Source: Octopus vulgaris (lineage: Eukaryota). From it: a stretch of 64,000 bases of DNA. The position numbers were made by a program, and so were the translations under genes. Positions 58,298 through 64,000 of the stretch are shown piece after piece. How positions within the stretch are numbered: position 1 is the stretch's first letter; each line of letters begins with the position of its first letter. Below the pieces are notes generated by a model, which was not told the origin of the DNA, did no database searches, and was given only the letters and a program-made list of their open reading frames with translations. The stretch spans positions 17,980,001 to 18,044,000 of the forward strand of contig OX597828.1 of the NCBI GenBank assembly GCA_951406725.2. The letters run 5' to 3'.

Positions 58298-58660
58298 ATT
58301 TTAAAAGGATTGACGTAACACTTCACAAAGGTTAGCGGACAAGATGAAGGGTGCGATGCGATTGCAATAGATATTTACACAAAACTTTTTGACCGAATAA
58401 TTTTTCCTCCAATTCTTTTCGTTCTTCTTGTTTTACTTCTTTCTTTCTGCTACCTTTAGTGAAAGACCAAAGACTGGTGATGTCCTTCTACTTAGAAAGA
58501 ACCGCAGTTATTCCGATTTAAATTTAAATGTTTTAGCATTTCCTATCTCTGAATTTAATTTCAGTTCGTATTTTGAACTTGTAAAAAACACACGGAATGT
58601 CGAAATATTGTCCAACTAATAAAATATCTATTTCAATCGCATCGCACTTTTCGTCTTGTC

Positions 58661-58910
<250 letters not shown>

Positions 58911-58923
58911 TTGTACATTTAGT

Positions 58924-59206
58924 CTTTTACTCTTTAATTTGTTTCAGTCATTTGAATGCGGCCATACTGGAGCATAGCCTTTAGTCGAACAAATCGAGTC
59001 CAGAACCTATTCTTTGTAAACCTAGTACTTATTCTATCTATCTATTTTACTGAACCGCTAAGTTACAGGGACGTGGACACACCAACATCGATTGTCAAGC
59101 GATGGTGGTGGTGGGGGGGGGACAAACACAGACACACAAACGTATACATACATACATGCATACATACATATATACATACATGCATATAAATATATATATA
59201 TACATA

Positions 59207-59258
<52 letters not shown>

Positions 59259-59281
59259 TAAATATATTTATGTATGTATGC

Positions 59282-59354
<73 letters not shown>

Positions 59355-59511
59355 CGACGGGCTACTTTCAGTTTCCGTCTACCAAATCACCTCATAAGGC
59401 TTTGGTTGGCCTGAGGCTATAGCAGAAGACACCTGCCCAAGGTTCCACGCAGTTGGACTGAACCCGGAACTATGTGGTTGGTAAGCAAGCTACTTACCCC
59501 GCAGCCACTCC
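58924..59511 (-). mobile_element. SINE family A
   Basis: Full family match. Confidence 0.9.
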
Positions 59512-60153
59512 TTCTGGGATTCATTTTCTGTTAAACATGTTGTATATAAAACAAACGTTGTTCCTTCTTTTTTTCATTTATTATCAAAAGAATTTTTAAA
59601 AAATTCTCTCTGGTTTCTTTGCATTTTGTTTCGAATGGTAGTGTTCCTCAGTCGCTTCTCGACATTTCAAGAAAATCATGTTCTGTTTTGCATTTATGTA
59701 ATAATAGATGTGTACACACCTGTATTTAGTTACCGAAATTTTTTTTTTTTCCTAGATTAAAAGCATTCGTATATTACTGCCATAACGGAAACAATAATTT
59801 TCATTCAATTCACGCGCACATTAAAATCTTCAAATTGTAAATTAATTGGAGATAGAATGGTGACCACAACGGTAACACACTATACATGCTCTTTAAGAAC
59901 CAACCAGAGAAGTCTTCTCTCGATTATTAAAGCAATATGTTATTATATAAAGAAGGATACATTAAATAATGTGATATTCGATTAAAAATTTAATGCGGTG
60001 GTTGCGGATGGAATATCCATTTGATCATAAGTATGCTGATTAGAACTCACCTGCTGTTTGGATGCTGGAGTTTGGCGCGGCTGACGGCACATTCAGCCTG
60101 TTTTGGTGACAGTATTTTTTGGCTCTGGATGCAAACACACAAACATACACACA

Positions 60154-60212
<59 letters not shown>

Positions 60213-61140
60213 TCGCATGCGCAAAAGTATATACATGCAAATAGAAAGAGCCAAGTACAAATGGGAGAGTGAGTGAGATAGTGTAATTGATTAATTGAAC
60301 GCGATCAACATAAATACTTACCTTCACCTTGCCCATATAAGGAGAAATGTGCTCACATAAAGATAAACAGATATATACAACAGCAGAGAGGAAGGGGGAG
60401 AATGAGAGAAACATTAAAAATTAAAATGAAACATTGAAATGCCTAGTGTCAAAAACGTCAGCATCGAAACATCGGCGGCAAGCAAGCAACGTCACAGAGG
60501 CTGAGCCAAGACGTCTCATACCCGACAAAAGTTACCCGTTATGCAAGGCTGTATAACACATGAGAGAAGAAGTAATTTATAACAAGCTGAGCTACTCTAT
60601 ATGCTTTCCATGAAACACGCATCCGTTTTTTGGATACCATAATGACTGACGATTTTCGGGAACCTCCGTTCTTTATGTTCTCTTAATATTCTTCTTTGGA
60701 TTTGGCGATAATGTTGGTTAATCAACACGTACTACAAAGTAATGGCAACGATGTGTATCTGACGCACACGACACGTACAAACCCACACACATACCAGAAC
60801 AGAGATTGACGTACATGAAGATATATGCAATGTGTGTGTGTGTGTGTGTTGTACTTGTGTTGGTGTGTGCATTTGTGTGTGCCTCTGTGTTTGTGTCTGG
60901 ATGTGCTCGGGAGTGCAGGCAAGCGTATATAATAAGGGGTTTGATGATATGACGAAAGAGGAAGAAGACAGACAGGCAGACAGAGAGATATAAAAAAATA
61001 GGTAGACAGACAGACAGACGACAGCCAGACAGATATACCAATAGATAGATAGATATATAGATAGATAGACAGATAGATGGATAGATAAATAGATAGACAG
61101 ACAGACTGATAGAAAAATAGATAGATAGATAGATAGAAAA

Positions 61141-61221
<81 letters not shown>

Positions 61222-61329
61222 CAGACAGACAAAAGACAGAAAGATACACAGATATATAGATTTGTAGATAGAAAGATAGAAAAATAGATAGATAGACAGA
61301 CAGACAGACAAATAGATAGATAGTTAGAT

Positions 61330-61365
<36 letters not shown>

Positions 61366-61383
61366 GCAGAGAGACAGACAGAC

Positions 61384-61432
<49 letters not shown>

Positions 61433-61532
61433 CATACATACATACATACATACATACATACATACATAGAAAGATAGATACATAGATAGATACGTAGATA
61501 CATAGATATAAATATAGACAGACAGACAGACT

Positions 61533-61611
<79 letters not shown>

Positions 61612-61999
61612 TCGCATGTGTGTACATAGTGCATACTATAGATACGCATATACACGCATAAAGAGCGAGATTAAAAAATAATGAGAACAGTTGAATAAGA
61701 AAAAAAAAACAGAGGTAAGAAGTGGAAGGATACGGTTATGTAGGAATGCGGGTACATGTGTTAGTATTCAACTTTACCCTTGATACGAACTCTGAAGTTT
61801 TTTTTTTTTTATGTTTTGTAGCTTAGTGGGACTGAGAATACGTTGGAGGTAAATGACTATAATAGGTAAAAAATATAAATATATACGTCTGTGTGTGTGT
61901 TGTGTGTGTGTGTGTGTGTGTGTGTGTACGTACAGAAACATATGTGTATGTGTGTTGTATATGTCTATATATATAAATGCGTGTACGTTTGTGTGTGTA

Positions 62000-62039
<40 letters not shown>

Positions 62040-62043
62040 CAAA

Positions 62044-62074
<31 letters not shown>

Positions 62075-62096
62075 TGTATATGTATGTATACATATG

Positions 62097-62159
<63 letters not shown>

Positions 62160-62329
62160 CACTCATGTATGTATGTATGTACGTATGTTTGTACGTATGT
62201 ATGTTTGCTTGTATATGTGTGTGTATGTATGTAAGCGAAAAATGGAAAGAAATGTATATGTTTATATATAGACATGTATATGTCTATATATACAAATGTA
62301 TGTCCGTATGTATGTGTGTATATGTGTAA

Positions 62330-62385
<56 letters not shown>

Positions 62386-63464
62386 GGGGGTGTAGGCGAA
62401 AAATGGAAAGAGATGAAGTTGTAGAATTCGAGAAAGCCAAGCAGAAATGAAAAATGTGTAAATCGCCTCACACCGAATCTGTTAATGTGAAAAGCAGCAG
62501 ACTGAATCCTTCCAGAATGACTTTATACAAGCAAGTGGGTCAGAGAGAGAGGTTTGAGAAACTTAAGTCGGTTTTTCTACTATCAAGCTTTCTAGCGAAA
62601 TATTGTTATTTGAACAAATAATGCTCTCTTCTGTACTAATTTCTTTCCTACAGCAACAAACACCGTTGCTAACTATGGAACCGATGAAATTAGCCCCCGG
62701 TTTGTAAATTTCCTAATGTGTCTTGCAGAACGGATGCAGATTAATCTTTTTTTTCTGTAGTTCTTGTTGAGCGTTCATCTAAACACCGAAGCTATATTTA
62801 GACAGTACTTATCGATGGTAAATTATGAAAATGTCTTCATGTATACATTCATCATATATTTGAAAATAAACATGAATAAATCACGACAAACGCAACAGAA
62901 GAATTAATAAGCATATATGTATATGTTCTTATATATGTTTATGTTCTTACAAGACGCTAAATACATTTAATTTTTGCTTGGAATAATCATTATGTTGCCG
63001 CTGATCTTTCCTTAAATAGCGGACATGTTGTCATATATTTTCTAGATTTATGTAATGTAACTTATGTACACATATTAGAACCTTTGACATAATTTATTTC
63101 TATGTCTTTACCTGTTCACTAAACATTCCGACAAAATACACATACTTTCATAGTTTTTCTGAATTCATGTTTTTCTAACCTATCTTGCAATTACTGGGGA
63201 AATCGTATCTAATGTAGGCAAAAGATCGCTGATTTTAGAAATGGTTCATTTAGCTGATTTAACCTCCTCCTCTCAAAATATATCTAATATTTATTTCCTC
63301 GTCCTCCATTTTAAAAGGCATTGTTTACTTAAGCAGGATGTAGAATTCATCTAATTACTCTTTAATTCTGTTGCTTCTGTATGTTATTGGAGAGTGGTCG
63401 CGACGGAGCACAGCCTTTAAAGCTTCCTAGTGATTATTTTTTTAAAGTCTGGTAATTATTCTTT

Positions 63465-63596
63465 CAGAATAGTTTGGTGAGCCGCAAAATGGGTTGCAGA
63501 ATCTGCTGCTGAGACCCAGAATCTGTTGCTGAGCTGCAGAATAGGTTGATGAGTCGTAAAGTCTGTTGCTGAGCCGAAGAATCAATTGCTGAGCCG
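63465..63596. repeat. 20-bp minisatellite (cagaatctgttgctgagccg), about 6 diverged copies
   Basis: Directly visible. Confidence 0.8.
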
Positions 63597-64000
63597 TCAT
63601 ATAACGGAGATACAAACCGTTGTCAAGTATTGCCGGGGAAAGACATACATACACAGAACATTGCACGCACATAAATCCATACATATATGCACAAATTCCT
63701 GTGTGTGTGTGTTCCGACGGACTTACACAGATTCTGCCAACCAAGTTTATTTAGAAGGAATTGTTGGGATTGTGTTTATTTCTGTTCAAGTCAGTCCAAA
63801 TTGAACAGCTCTGCCGAGAGCATATCAGCCATCCGTAACCATCGCAGGAGGTATGAGTCAATATTGTGCAGTGACTCTCTCCGTTTTTTATTGCGATGAC
63901 ACCTAACTTCTTGGAGACATTGTTACTATTTCTAAGAGATCGAGCGACCGCGAAGAGCCTTTCCCGTTGGCACAAACTCACCCACAAATATATATATATT

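Overview
This is repeat-dense, AT-rich eukaryotic DNA, most likely intronic or intergenic octopus (coleoid cephalopod) sequence. The species is inferred from the extreme (TA)n/(CA)n/(TAGA)n/(TACA)n microsatellite load and the SINE types, not from a search. No host protein-coding gene can be supported, and nearly all ORFs in the track are microsatellite artefacts. The window holds at least four tRNA-derived SINE families, three mariner remnants, two non-autonomous Helitrons, CR1-like and RTE LINE fragments, and Penelope-type GIY-YIG fragments. It also has a 2.1-kb tandem duplication with a complex templated junction and several minisatellites and foldbacks. The most notable signal is a set of about 10 type-I hammerhead-ribozyme-like motifs in short non-coding inserts, mostly within (TA)n tracts and often arranged as foldbacks. 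One is a 132-bp near-perfect palindrome that encodes a hammerhead on each strand. All structures were folded by eye and ribozyme activity is untested. Repeat boundaries are approximate unless stated.
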